From the NCBI GenBank assembly GCA_964016885.1, contig OZ024741.1, positions 134,602,001 to 134,666,000 on the forward strand: DNA of 64,000 nucleotides, given 5' to 3'. Positions 1 through 13,431 of this stretch are shown here, in pieces (position 1 is the first letter of the stretch; the number at the start of each line of letters is the position of its first letter). The stretch comes from Eledone cirrhosa (taxonomy: Eukaryota). The position numbers and the translations under genes were made by a program. Under the pieces are notes generated by a model. It had not been told where the DNA came from, searched no databases, and saw only the letters and a program-made list of their open reading frames with translations.

Positions 1-550
1 ACCACCATCTCTACACACCACCACCACACCACCATCTCTATACACCACCACCACACCACCATCTCTATACACCACCACCACACCACCATCTATACACACC
101 ACCACACCACCATCTCTACACACCACCACCACACCACCATCTCTACACACCACCACCACACCACCATCTCTACACACCACCATCTCTACACACCACCACC
201 ACACCATCTCTATACACCACCACACCACCATCTCTACATACCACCACCACACCATCATCTCTACACACCACCACCATACCACCATCTCTACACACCACCA
301 CCACACCACCATCTCTACACACCACTCCCACACCACCATCTCTACACACCACTACCACACCACCATCTCTACACACCACCACCACACCACCATCTCTATA
401 CACCACCATCTCTATACACCACCACCACACCACCATCTCTACACCACACCAACATCTCTACACACCACTACCACACCAACATCTCTACACACCACCACTA
501 CCATCATACCACCATCACTACACACCACCACCACATCACTATACACCACC
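1..550. repeat. C/A-rich minisatellite, ~27-30 bp unit (ACCACCATCTCTACACACCACCACCAC)
   Basis: About 18 tandem units read directly; runs off the window start. Confidence 0.95.
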
Positions 551-1488
551 ACTCCAGTACTCTATACTAAATCACATTTATCCCCATCTCAAGCCAATTA
601 TGTTTGATCTGTCCTTCCAGCAACTTTAACTGACCAATAACTCTGGTTCTATTTATGTCCATTGTTTACATATTTTGTTTGTTGTCTCAGAATTTAGGTT
701 AAGGCAAATGTGTGTGTATCTGTGTATGTGCATATGTGTGTTTATGTGCATGTGCGTGTTTATGTATGTGCATGTGTGTGTGTTTATGTATTTGTGTATG
801 TGCATGTGTGTTAGGAGGGTGTATATGAGAGTGTTTAGGTAGGTGGCTGCAAGCAAATTGCTATCCAGACATGTGTTTATCCATGTGCTTTTGTGTATGT
901 ATTACACACACACACACACATTAAGTATTTGTCTCTATCTATGCACTTCTATACATATGTGTGTTTGTAACTTTGTACATGTGTGTGTGTCTATATCTGT
1001 ACACCTATATGTATGTGTTTGTGTATTTGTGTACATCCATGTGTGTGTGTGTGTATTTGTGTACATCCATGTGTGTGTGTATGTGTTTGTGTATGTGTGT
1101 ACATCCATGTGTGTGTGTGTGTGTGTGTATTTGTGTATTTGTCTACATCTGTATGTATCTCTCCCCCTCCTACCTCCTCATGTTTTAGAATTCATAAGTG
1201 ATTAATAAACTAAGACTAATTAACAGCTTATTCATTGGCTACATCAACCATCATCAGTAACTTAATCTATCTCCATCCAAGGATAAACTTGAAACTCCTA
1301 TCACTTTCCTCTCATCTATTTTACCTCTTTAAATGATTTTCTCGTTAATTAACACATTAGTTTTATAATTAACTTATGTTGACTAATAAAACTATTTCTG
1401 TAATTAATTTAAAGACATTCTTTAGCTGTCACTACTGTCAGGAGGTTGTTTACTGGGCTATTGTTAACTTAGTACTACAGTCTATAGG

Positions 1489-1705
1489 ATGGATCAACAC
1501 TATAGCATTGGATCAGCTTCCTCTGGCTGGATTTACCCTCAAGCCTACCCAAATACTTATACCAACTACAACTACCCCAGCGGCCCTTATACCTATAGTT
1601 ATGGTCAGAACTTCTCCCCTGCCCTTTATTCTAATGGAAGTGGTGCCCACAGCAACTGGGAGACACCTGCCTTAGAAGCAGTCTCTGAAGAACGGCCGCG
1701 AACAT
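1489..1705 (+). CDS. Candidate alternative (first) coding exon of the RhoGAP gene, Y/S/P/N-rich peptide MDQHYSIGSASSGW...EERPRT
   Basis: Non-repetitive ORF island; ATG at 1489 with in-frame TAA at 1465 upstream; ends at a consensus donor GTAAGT (1706); phase 1 matches the phase-1 acceptor at 13429/13432. Confidence 0.5.
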
Positions 1706-1874
1706 GTAAGTAGAGAAAAACACATGCATATGTATGTGTGCATGCACATACACATGCACACATGCATACACATATGCACATACATGCTTACAAACATATA
1801 CACACATTAATACATACTAACATGCATACACACATACACATGCATGAACACATGTACATATATATGTATATATA

Positions 1875-1948
1875 CAGGGTGTCCTCAAAAATGTATATAC
1901 AGTTCAACAGCATTCTAATAAATGTGTATATACATTTGGGACACCCTG
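1875..1948. mobile_element. 74-bp Tc1/mariner-type mini-MITE
   Basis: TA|CAGGGTGTCCTCAAAAATGTATATACA ... TGTATATACATTTGGGACACCCTG terminal inverted repeats. Confidence 0.65.
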
Positions 1949-1986
1949 TGTGTCTGTGTGTGTGTGTGTGTGTGTATGATTATATA

Positions 1987-2017
<31 letters not shown>

Positions 2018-2165
2018 ATAACTTCTAAAGGACTAGAACTATTTCATTCATACCAGGAAAGTCCATTAGAAGTCATTTCTATAATAAAATAAAGATGCCT
2101 ATAATCTACCAATGTATTGAGTAGGTTTTTTAAATTGTCACCGCCTGATATACATTTTTAAGCTA

Positions 2166-2210
<45 letters not shown>

Positions 2211-2339
2211 GTATGAATGTATGTATATATATATATTGTTTATATAGAAGTAGTTCCACAACAGTTATTTCTCTGTTACCGAGAACAATTGTTTCACCTT
2301 ATTTGGATCATCAGCTCGGTTTAATATATATATATATAT

Positions 2340-3725
2340 TATCATCATCATCATTTAACGTCTGCTTTTCCCTGCTTGCAAGGGTGGGACGGGTCTTATT
2401 CAGCACCTCATCTCTCCACTTGTCACGGTCCTTCATCATCTCCTCCGTGAGCTTCAGCGATCTGAGGTCTGTTCTCACCACCTCCGCCCATGTTTTTCGT
2501 GGTCTACCTCTACCACGTCTTCCTTCAACTGGCATTTCCTGGCACTTCTTCACCTATCGGTAATCCTCCATGCACATCACATGTCCATACCACTTCAGTC
2601 TCCTCTTTCGCACACTACATTCTATCCCTCTCGGACACAGTTTCTCTCTCAACACATTTATGCTAGGTCGTGCACACATACATGCTTACAAATACATACT
2701 AACATGCATACACACATACACATGCATGAACACATGTACATATATATGTATATATACAGGGTGTCCTCAAAAATGTATATACAGTTCATGCTGGGTCATG
2801 CACATTGACATTGCACATCCAACGGAACATGCTTGCCTCATTTCTCTCCAGCCGTCGCATATCCTCTGCAGTTGCTGCCCATGTCTCACTACCATGCAGC
2901 ATCACGCTCCTCACACAGGCATCATATAACCCACCTTTCGTACGCAGGGAGAAACCCTTCTTTGTTAGCAGAGGAAGCAGCTCCCTAAACTTCTTCCAAC
3001 CCGTCCTTATTCTAGATACTATGGCCTCGGAACACCCCCCCTTCCATGCTAATCTGATCTCCTAGGTACCGGAAGCTATCCACCACTTCTATAGCACCCA
3101 CCTGCATTTGAAAAATGTGTCTATCAATGCGACTTCTACTGTCTAATTTCCCTGTACATCTACTGCATACGTATTTCTCCCTACCTGTTAGTTTGCCTAC
3201 TATCCCGCTACATCTCTTGTGTACCCAGGATCTGCATTGTGTGCATTTTATAGAATTTATGCCAGTTCCTTTTCTGCATATCGAACATGGCCATTTCCCT
3301 GACGGAATCAGAGTTTTGTCCTCTTTTCTACTTTTGTCTTAGCTAGGTTCACTCTCAGTCCTCTTGCTTCCAACTGCTGTTTCCATAGCCAGAATTTATT
3401 CTCTAGCTCCTCTACTGATTCTGCTATAAGAACAAGATCGTCAGCATAGAGAAGTTCCCACGGACAGCCAGTCTTAAACTCCTCTGTTATGGCTTGGAGG
3501 ACTATAATGAACAAGAGCGGGCTGAGGACTGAACCTTGATGTACTCCTACTTGTATCTGGAATTCCTCACTAAACTCCATTCCTACCCTGACTTTACTGA
3601 CAGCACCTCTGTACAAAGCATGCACTGTCCTCACAAGCCATTCTTCAACACCTAGTTTCCTTAGGGACCACCAGATGACAGATTGGGGTACCCTATCAAA
3701 TGCCCTCTCTAGGCCAACAAAGGCT
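2340..3725 (-). mobile_element. RTE-clade LINE, 5'-truncated and degenerate
   Basis: RT motifs [13 protein letters not shown] and ELLYADDL (ORF 3308-3634); C-terminal GRGRPRKTW; (GAT)n 3' tail near 2341. Confidence 0.9.
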
Positions 3726-3799
3726 AAGTATAGTTATTTTTCTCTAAGAACATGTAATTGTCTCCAACTTCTCCCCTCCCATACACCTCCCTTTGCAGT

Positions 3800-4068
3800 A
3801 ACCATCCCTCCCTTATTACGTATGCATGCAATTTCCACAAGCCCCCTCCCCCATCCTAGTTCCAAGACAAAAGTGCCCAGTCCACACCGTAATGTGGTTG
3901 TGTCGGTGACACAACAAAAAACACCCAGCACACACTGTAAATGTGGTTAGCATTGGGAATGGCATCCGGCTGTAGAAACCAAGTCAAAATCTGCCCCGGG
4001 TGAGCTAAACATGGTTTTCTGACCTGATTCTCTCCTTAAAGATGGACATTAAACGATGATGATGATGA
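3800..4068 (+). mobile_element. SINE with GGGCATCC-type core and RTE-like (GAT)n tail
   Basis: GGAATGGCATCCGGCTGTAGAAAC core and GGACATTAAACGATGATGATG tail; related to 7180-7510 and 57230-57600. Confidence 0.65.
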
Positions 4069-4084
4069 AATATATATATGATAT

Positions 4085-4604
4085 ACTTGAACTCGTATGG
4101 CGTATCAAATTTTGAGAGAGGAGCAACTCCTTCCAACAGGATATGAAATATAGCATCTGACTGATTATGGATTCTAATACTGTGCATGTTCACTCCAATA
4201 AAACCTGTAATCTATACCAAGTAGAGAGGAGTATACCAGCAATTGCCACATAATTCTATGACCAAAGATTACCAGGAAACCGATCAGAGTGTTATTAACT
4301 ACATCAACATTGGTGATTTAAAAATCATTTTGGAACTTAATATCCAGGACTGGACAGAACCTCTGGACCCCTATTTCACCTGATTTTATTCTGAAGGATC
4401 ATAAACCAAATTTTGTTAACTCGTTTATTCGGCTCATTGAGCCCCTAAGTCTGATTTTGGTAGACCTAGTTAAAGAATTTTAGATAGGATTATTCCAAAA
4501 ATTAGAGGTATGGCCCCTCTCGCACTGTGGAATAATTCATTTGTGGTGATTGAGTGGTTCAGTGGCATATGTAACAAGGAACATTGCTGTTTTATCCAAT
4601 TTGT
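4085..4604 (+). mobile_element. Penelope-like element (Naiad-like) reverse transcriptase fragment, frameshifted
   Basis: Manual translation gives NKTCNLYQV..., LKDHKPNFVNSFIRLIEP.KSDFG, RILDRIIPKIR...LWNNSFVVIEWFSGICNKEHCCFIQF, a pattern recalled from PLE RT N-termini; flanked by (TA)n. Confidence 0.7.
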
Positions 4605-5103
4605 ATATATATATATATATTTATGTGTATGTATATGTATATGTACGTATTTGTATGTAAGGTACTCAATACATAGCAGAGTATAAAGGTTTTAATATAG
4701 ATGAGATTCTACAGGACTAGAACTGTTTCATTCTTTAGAAATCATCATATATGTATATGTAAGTGTATGTATATACATATGTATGTGTATGTATATGTAT
4801 GTATATATATATGGATATATGTGTATATATGTATGTGTATATATGTATGTATATATATGTGTGTATATATATATGTGTATATATGTATATGTATGTATAT
4901 ATATATATATATATGTGTGAGTGTGTATATATATATATGTAAGTGTGTATATATATATATGTGTGTATATATATATATATATGTGTATATATATATATAT
5001 ATGTGTGTAAATATATATATATGTGTGTATATATATATATATATATGTGTATATATATATATATATGTGTGTAAATATATATATATGTGTGTATATATAT
5101 ATA

Positions 5104-5138
<35 letters not shown>

Positions 5139-5193
5139 GTGTATATATATATATGTGTATATATATATATGTGTATATATATATATGTATATA

Positions 5194-5226
<33 letters not shown>

Positions 5227-5383
5227 GTATATGTGTGTATATATATATGTGTGTATATATATATGTGTGTATATATATATATGTGTATATATATATGTGT
5301 ATATATATATGTGTATATATATGTATATATATATATATGTGTATATATATGTATATATATGTATATGTGTATATATATGTATA

Positions 5384-5416
<33 letters not shown>

Positions 5417-6130
5417 GTGTATATATATATATATATGTGTATATATATATATATATATGTGTATATATATATATATGTATATGTGTATATATATATATAT
5501 GTATATGTTTATATATGTATATGTGTATATATATATATATGTATATGTGTATATATATATATGTATATGTGTATATATGTATATGTGTATATATGTATAT
5601 GTATATGTGTATATATGTATATGTGTATATATGTATATGTATATATATGTATATATATATGTATATGTATATATATGTATATATATATATGTATGTGTAT
5701 ATGTATATATGTATATGTGTATATGTATATATGTATATATATATATGTGTATATGTATATATGTATATATATATGTGTATATGTATATATGTATATATAT
5801 ATGTGTATATGTATATATGTATATATATATGTATATGTATATGTGTATATGTATATATATGTATATGTGTATATGTATATATATGTATATATATATATAT
5901 GTATATATATGTATATGTATATGTGTATATGTATATATATGTATATATATATATATGTATATGTATATATGTATATATATGTATATGTATATATGTATAT
6001 ATATGTATATATGTATATATGTGTATATGTATATATATGTATATATATATATGTGTGTATATGTATATATATATAGCTATATGTATATGTGCATATGTGT
6101 ATGTCTATGTATATTTGTATATGTATGTAT
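4605..6130. repeat. (TA)n/(TATG)n microsatellite tract containing a short PLE-tail fragment at ~4660-4750
   Basis: Direct reading. Confidence 0.95.
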
Positions 6131-7510
6131 TCATCAGGGCTCTGTCCTTAGCCCCCTCCTATTTATTATTGCCCTTCAGGCTATAACAGAGGAGTTCAAG
6201 ACTGGCTGCCCATTGGAACTTCTATATGCAGATGACCTAATGTTCATAGCTGAATCCATGGCTGAACTAGAGAAGAAAATCCAAACATGGAAGCATGGCC
6301 TAGAATCAAAAGGCCTTAAAATTAACTTCTCTAAGACTAGTATGTAGGAAGGAAAATAGGACACTGGTCCCCTCTGGGAAATGGCCATGCTCAGTGTGTA
6401 GGAAAGGAGTAGGCAGAAACTCCATTTTATGTCCCAAATGCAAAGTATGGGTGCATAAAAGATGTGGGATCACAGGTAAGATAACTAAAAACATAGATTT
6501 TATATTTGGCCGGTGCTCAGGTGCAATAAGTAGTAGCAAGTGCCCACAGGATACTAGCTCCTTCCATTGCCCAGATGGTTCTATAGAAATAGTGGACACC
6601 TTCTGTTACCTGGGTGACACAATCAGCAGTGGTGGAGGGTGCACTGAAAGTACAGTAGCTAGAGTCAGAACGGGATGGAAAAAGTTCAGAGAGCTTATAC
6701 CATTATTGGCCGCTAAAGGTTTCTCTCTAAAAATGAAAGGCAGACTGTATGATGCCTGCATATGAACAGCAATGTTACATAGCAGTGAGACATGGGCATT
6801 GTGTGCAGAGGATCTACACAGACTAGAGAGGAATGAAGCTTGCATACTCCGTTGGATGTGTAATAGTAATATACATGAATGGCAAAGCATAAATGAACTA
6901 AGTGAGAAATTAGGAATAAGAGGGATCAGATGCTGTTTACTTGAGAGAAGACTACGTTGGTATGCTCACGTGATGCGCATGAAAGACGACAGCTGTATAA
7001 AAAAGTGCAGGGCGATCAAAATAGACGGTAGCTACGGAGTAGGTAGACCCAGAAAAACCTGGGACGATTTGATAAATTCCGACTTTACACACTTACACTT
7101 CTCCAAGACAATGTCACTGGACCGAGATCTTTGGCGCTACACAGTAATAGAAAACCTACAGTCAGTGGGCACCTCTTAACCAAAATACACCCCCATCTCC
7201 CCACTCCCATCTACACCACCCCTTTCGCTGTAAAGTTATGTTGGTACTGCTACATCCAGTCCTAAATAAATGAGGTTGTGTAGGTGTCACGACAAAAGAA
7301 CACAGAGTCCACGCTGTAATGTGGCTGTGTAGGTAACACGGTAAAAACCTCCCAGTCCACACTGTAAACGTGGTTGGTGTTAGGAAGGGCATCCAGCCGT
7401 AGTAAACTTGCCAGACAGTCCTACACGAGCAAGACAATCTTGCCTGAAGTGGGACAATTCCCGTCTAAACTCATGCTAGCCTGGATGATAGACATTAAAC
7501 GATGATGATG
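6131..7510 (+). mobile_element. RTE LINE fragment fused to a SINE-like 3' end
   Basis: [18 protein letters not shown], Cys-rich segment, GRPRKTW; then GGAAGGGCATCCAGCCGTAG core and GATGATG tail. Confidence 0.9.
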
Positions 7511-7519
7511 TATATATGT

Positions 7520-7945
7520 AGTGGAGTCTGTGCTGCTGTATGGGTCTGAGACTTGGACACTGACCAAGAAACTCACTCAGATGGTGGATGGGTGCTACAC
7601 GAGAATGCTGAGGATGGCTCTGAACATTAATCAGTATACACTGAGGATGAAAAACTCAGAGCTGTATGGGAGCATCCCAAAAGTCAGCTCAAAAGTGACA
7701 CAGAGGAGACTGAGGTTAGCTGGACATGCTCACCGACATCCAGAGTTAACATTGCACTCAGTACTCCTTTGGGAGCCCCTACAAGGACACACTAGAAGAG
7801 GAAGACCAAGGTTAACGTATGTTTATGCCCTAAGGACAGACACTGGTCTGTTGGAGATGCAGGACATGGCAGCGATAATGAGGGACAGAGACCGCTGGAG
7901 AGAACTCGTCCATGGATCTCGGGAATTTTACCCGCCTTAGATTAG
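7520..7945 (+). mobile_element. RTE-type LINE 3' fragment (second family)
   Basis: ESVLLYGSETWTLT...RRLRLAGH...RRGRPRLTY. Confidence 0.85.
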
Positions 7946-8002
7946 ATAGATGTATATGTATATATATATATGTATGTATATGTATATATAGGTATATATA
8001 TG

Positions 8003-8039
<37 letters not shown>

Positions 8040-8084
8040 GTATGTATATATATATATATATATGTGTATATATATATATATGTG

Positions 8085-8118
<34 letters not shown>

Positions 8119-8150
8119 TGTATGTATATATATATATGTGTATATATATG

Positions 8151-8211
<61 letters not shown>

Positions 8212-8474
8212 ATATATGTATATATATTTATTAAAATAACAGATTAAAGTTATTTGCTCTACGGTTCTTATATATTTGATATATATTTATCCTTATCGAG
8301 CCCTCTTTGGATTTTACTCTTCAAATTTATTATTATTACTATTATTATTAATCCCGCCGAGGTTGGCTTTGCCTTTCATCCTTACGGAGTCGATAAAATA
8401 AAGTACTAGTAATGCACTGCGTAATTGCTGGCCTTGTGCCAAAAGTAGAAACAATTATTATTATTATTATTATG

Positions 8475-9512
8475 TGGTGACGCTGATAAGGAAAGACGAG
8501 AACAAGAGGGATACATTAGACAACTTCAGGCCCATAACTCAGCTCAACACAGAGTTTAAGATTTTGGCCAAGGTGTTAGCAAAGAGATTGGCATTTTTCA
8601 TCGAGGATTTGGTTGGGGAGGCGCAATCCCAGCCAGGTCCATACACGACAATCTCCACCTCATGCGATACATCATAGAGAGGGTAGGGTGTAAACCTGGC
8701 TTCGGTGGGGCACTGATCAATTTAGATCAATCGAAAGCATTCGATAGGGTCGACCATCGGTTTCTGGAGTTTGTCCTCAAAGCAGCTGGCTTCGGCCCTG
8801 TCTTCAGAAGCTGGATCACTGCAATGCACAGTGGCACACGCTCGGTGGTCAAAGTTAATGGCCACCTCTTGGAACCATTTCGGCTCTCCCGATTGGTCCG
8901 TCAAGGGTGCCCTCCCTCTTCCTTTCTGTACGTATTGACTCTCGAGCCTTTACTGCGGAAGCTGGAGCTGTTGTAGGGCATCCCGCTCGAACCGGGACGT
9001 GGAAGGGTGGTGTCAGCTTATGCGGACGACATCACCGTGATGGTGTCAAATACCTCAGAAATCGAGGTGGTCGGCACCTTATTGAAGGAATATGAAAGGT
9101 TGACAGGAGCCAAACTTAAGCCAGAAAAGTTGGTGGCCTTGCCCATGCCGTCCAACAGCATTGTGGGGCGCTGGACGGACCGGTAAAGTTGTTCGGGGTT
9201 TGGTTCGGACCAGACCTCCAGGTGGAAAAGAATTGGGATGAGGTACGAGCAGAGTAGCCAGTCTCACCCAAAAGTGGGCTGAGAGGAAGCTATCACTGAA
9301 AGGTCGCGCGGAGGTGGCGAATGCGTACATCGTGTCCGTCATCTACTACCACCTGACCATCGTGCCTTGCCCCCGTCCGCGCCTCGTCAAGTTTGAACGG
9401 CTCCTCTTCAAATTCTTGTGGACAAGTTCCATCGGTGACAAGTTCCGAGGGGAGAAGTTCCATTGGTGAGGCGGTCCATCTGCTGCCAGCACCCTCTACA
9501 TGGAGGGCTGGG
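8475..9512 (+). mobile_element. L1/Tx1-like LINE RT fragment, degenerate
   Basis: NFRPITQLNTEFKILAK, LDQSKAFDRVDH, VRQGCP, AYADDI motifs across frames. Confidence 0.85.
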
Positions 9513-9519
9513 CATATAT

Positions 9520-11710
9520 GTATAAAATTCCAAGTTTGAAGAATTATTAGATAAAATATATCCAGTCTTTCTTCATCCTAGTCCGTAGAAATCATTCATC
9601 ATCATCAGGTCGAGTTTGCTCGACTTTCTATGACACGTTTCCTCCATCCATCTCTGTCTCTCATAGCGTTTGCCAGTTCTTCCGCAGTGCATCCAATATC
9701 GTCCTCAAGTTGCTTGACGTATGTCTTCTTGGGACGACCAGCGTTTCTTGCTCCATGAGATGAACTCCATAACAATACATCACCTGCTATTTCTTCCTTG
9801 CTGCGCCAACAGTGGCCAGCAAATCTGAGTCTCTGTCCACGTATTGACCTGCTGATTGACGCTAACATCGAAACTGGAGAAAAAGCTAGACGGGGCATAC
9901 ACACATATGCTCCGTGCTGCTTTAAACGTGTCTTGGAGGGAATACCCAACAAATAAGGATCTCTATGGCAATATACCACCTATCAGTAGAAATCAACTAG
10001 ATAAATAATCATTTAAAGGAACTTTAGCAGTTAAGATAATATATAACCAGTAGCGCCACAAGTAACCAGTTATGTAGAAAGATGTAAGAATATCGACAAC
10101 AACTTTGGTTTGTTTTACATTATTTATTAACAAGGTTGAGCTGAGTAGAACTGATTAGAGCAGGCATGCCAAGAGAGATAAAACAAACGAATTAAGAATT
10201 TCAGAAGGCACGGTCCACTGGCTGAAGTGTTGCCAGGCCGTGGTTATGTTGTTGTGTTACATATTGGCTAGTGATTTCACGACGAAAGAAAGTTAGTTGT
10301 TTACCTTTCCACGGACAGGATGCAAGAGAGAGATTTCTTGAATCGATGCAGAAATTTTTCCCTCAGGGCGCGTAGAGATACATTCTCCTCCGCTGGCGGT
10401 CATTGGCTGGGCTGAGCCAAATAACGCACGGCATGTAATACAGCAAAAACAATGTGTGCGTGCAGTCATATATATACAATGATAAAATAAATGAATTTTC
10501 ATATAATGCAGTTTTAAAAGAATAAATGTCCGAACATTGCCTGTAAAAAGAGAAAAAAAGAAAGAATTGTTTTTTTAACAAAAAGTTCGCTTTTTCATTT
10601 CTTTGGGATCGCTCTTACTAGGAAGCTAGTAGAGTTGTTATTGCTATCGAAGCGAAGTCACAGTAATCCTCTGTAGAATCGAAGTCGAATTCACCATGCG
10701 TTGTCTATGGTTAGTGGTTAACCAATGTTGTCGCTGCTGCTGATGGCGCCGAAGTTGTCATTGTAGCCGTGTCGAAGCTGTTGTAGTCACTGTAGTGGTA
10801 AATGTGTTACCAGAAGCTTTAGGTGACTGCTATCCGTTGTGGTGGTAGTCGCGGCGGTATAACCACAAAGGTGTGACTATGCTGCGTCAGTTGCTGCTGA
10901 TGGCTGGTAGTAGAGAAGTACTTGGTGGTAGCCATTTTGAAATTTCCTTGTGGCGAACATTTTTTTAAATACTGCTAATTTTTTTAATTTTAAAAGGAAT
11001 ATTTTGTATTTAAAATATTCCTCACGTCAGGTCACCAATTTAGCAGTTAAGATATGTTATAGCTAGTAACGCCACGAGTAACCAGTTCGGTAGAAAGATG
11101 TGGTAAGAACATATCGACAACGACTTTGGTTTGTTTTATGTTATTTATTAACAAGGTTGAGCTGAGTAGAGCAGGCATGCCAAGAGAAATAAAACAAACG
11201 AATTAAGAATTTCAGAAGGCACGGTCCACTGGCTGAAGTGTTGCCAGGCCATGGTTAAGTTGCTGTGTTACATATTGGCTAGTGATTTCACGACAAAAGA
11301 AAGTTAGTTGTTTACCTTTCCACGGTCAGGATGCAAGAGAGATTTCTCGAATCGATGCGGGAATTTTTCCCTCAGGGCGCGTAGAGATACCTTCTCCTCC
11401 GCTGGCGGTCATTGGCTGGGCTGAGCCAAATAACGCACGGAGAATGTATGTGAGCCCGCGGAATGTAGATCACTACAGAACTATAAGTTTAAAGTGTAAC
11501 TTTGAAGAAATAATAGACAAATGATACAGACTATTTTCAGCGAGGAACAGTCAGATAAAATTTATCCAGTCTTTCCTCTTAGCCCATAGAAATTAACTAG
11601 ACAAATATATTTTAAACTTAGCTCTGTTTAATTGATTAAGTTAGAAGAAAAAATGCATATAAACTTTACCAAAATTCCTCTAGTCCCGACTATCGATAGT
11701 TTCGCTCGTA
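9520..11710 (-). mobile_element. Probable PLE-derived non-coding element with ~410-bp internal direct repeats (10022-10430 / 11039-11440)
   Basis: Bounded by TA-rich tracts; starts on - with a truncated hammerhead 3' half GAAAC-TATCGATA-GTC (11703-11688); repeats are closely similar by eye. Confidence 0.5.
9595..9985 (-). mobile_element. RTE LINE 3' fragment with 10-bp target-site duplication
   Basis: RLRFAGHCWRS...GRPKKTY; (TGA)n tail; TSD GTAGAAATCA at 9585-9594 and 9986-9995. Confidence 0.9.
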
Positions 11711-11984
11711 CTATATATGTATATATATATGTGTGTGTGTGTGTGTGTATGTATATCATTGTCATCATCATTTTACATCTGCTTTTGCCTGCTTGCAAGG
11801 GTGGGATGTGTCCTCCGTGAGCTTCAGCGATCTGAGGTCAGCTCTCACCACCTCCGCCCATGTTTTTCGTGGTCTTCCTCTACTGCATCTTCATTCCACC
11901 AGCATTTCTTGTATATATATATATATATGTATATATATGTGTGTATATGTATTTATGTGTATGTATATATATATTTATATATAT

Positions 11985-12495
11985 ATGGAATTCAAAAAAG
12001 TGGTCAGGGTTGTTGTTGGAAAGATGGTTAATAATCTTGTGGGTGTCTACTGAGTCAGTTGCCAGACATTGGAGCTTTAATGCATTCATGCCCAGGGAAG
12101 CAAGACATTTAGAGTATGGTAGATGTCTGATGGGAGGGGGTAGTCGTTTGGTTGCACATTTTTGAACAGTTTCCAGGAGATCAATATTCAATAGGGGTTC
12201 TAGACTGTTGATGCAAATTGTAAGTGTGGATGCACCATAGCTATATACAGCTTTAAATAGATAGCTGGAGAGTATTTGACAAAGGTCTTACTGTGTGGTG
12301 CTAAGACACCCTTGGCCTTCTTGACAATTTTAGAGATCTGCTTTCATCATTGATTAACATCCATCTTCCACACTAGCAAATGCCCATGTCACGCTCACAA
12401 GAAAACTTCTTGAGATTGGTGTTGTAGAGGGAGTATATGAAAGCAGGTTTTTTCCTCCCAAAATGCATGGTGATACACTTGTCCTCAGCCAGCTT
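11985..12495 (-). mobile_element. CR1/Jockey-like LINE 3' fragment
   Basis: DLLETVQKCATKRLP...YSKCLASLGMNALK and ERDMGI motifs. Confidence 0.7.
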
Positions 12496-13431
12496 GAGTT
12501 TGTTGATAACCCTAATTAATATTGTCACCACACCACTGACACCACTGATTCTGTAAGAGAAGTACTCTGTTCCTGGATTCATTTCAGTTAGCATTGATGA
12601 AGACAGGATGTGGCATGCTGTTACAATGCCATGGATGCACAAAGCACCTAGTGATAAATCTGATTTCATGAATTTAATATATATATTTAGTTGCATAATA
12701 AACAACACAATATAATTATTCCATTACCAAAGGTTTTCCTGAAACCTTTGGTAATGGAATAATTATATTGTGTTGTTTATTATGTAATTAAATAGTTCTG
12801 TACTATACTTAGAGCACTCTTCTTTCCTTTACCTTCTCTACGGAAATACTTGACACACACACAGTGAGAGAGAGAGATCAATCTTGCCTTTGGGGCAATT
12901 CCCATCTAGTCCATGCTAGTGTGGAAGATAGATATTAAACGATGATGATGATGATATATATATATATAAAGTAAATAAAATATATGTGATTATAGTGTAG
13001 TACTTCACTAAATTTTGTGTGAATATATATATATAATTCATACTAGTGTGGAAAATAGACATTAAACAATGATGGTGATGATGATGGATATATTAGTTAT
13101 ACACATATTTTGGCAAGGCATTGGCAGAGTCAGCAGAATGTCAGGTAGAATGCTTTGAGTTATTTGTTCCAGCTCTTTGCACTCTGAGTCCAAATCCTGG
13201 TAGGGTTAACTTTACTTTTTATTCTTTTGAGAAATTGACTGTATTCAGTACTGGAGAAGAGAAGGGCTTAGCCAGGTTTAAAATTCCCCAGACACTATGA
13301 TGCTCCTATGATTCCATCATAAGTATTACATAAATATAAATGTGTTTGATTATTCCTAATCCTCAGTAAATATTAGAAAATATCTCTGTTTTCAAATGTT
13401 TATGATCAGTTCTATTTATTCTCTCCAGCAG

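Noticed and set aside
4701-6347. 548-aa and other YI/CV-rich ORFs (also at 7912-8247 and 46470-49847)
   Set aside because: Translations of (TA)n/(TG)n tracts that lack stop codons; the only real part is the RTE fragment at the end
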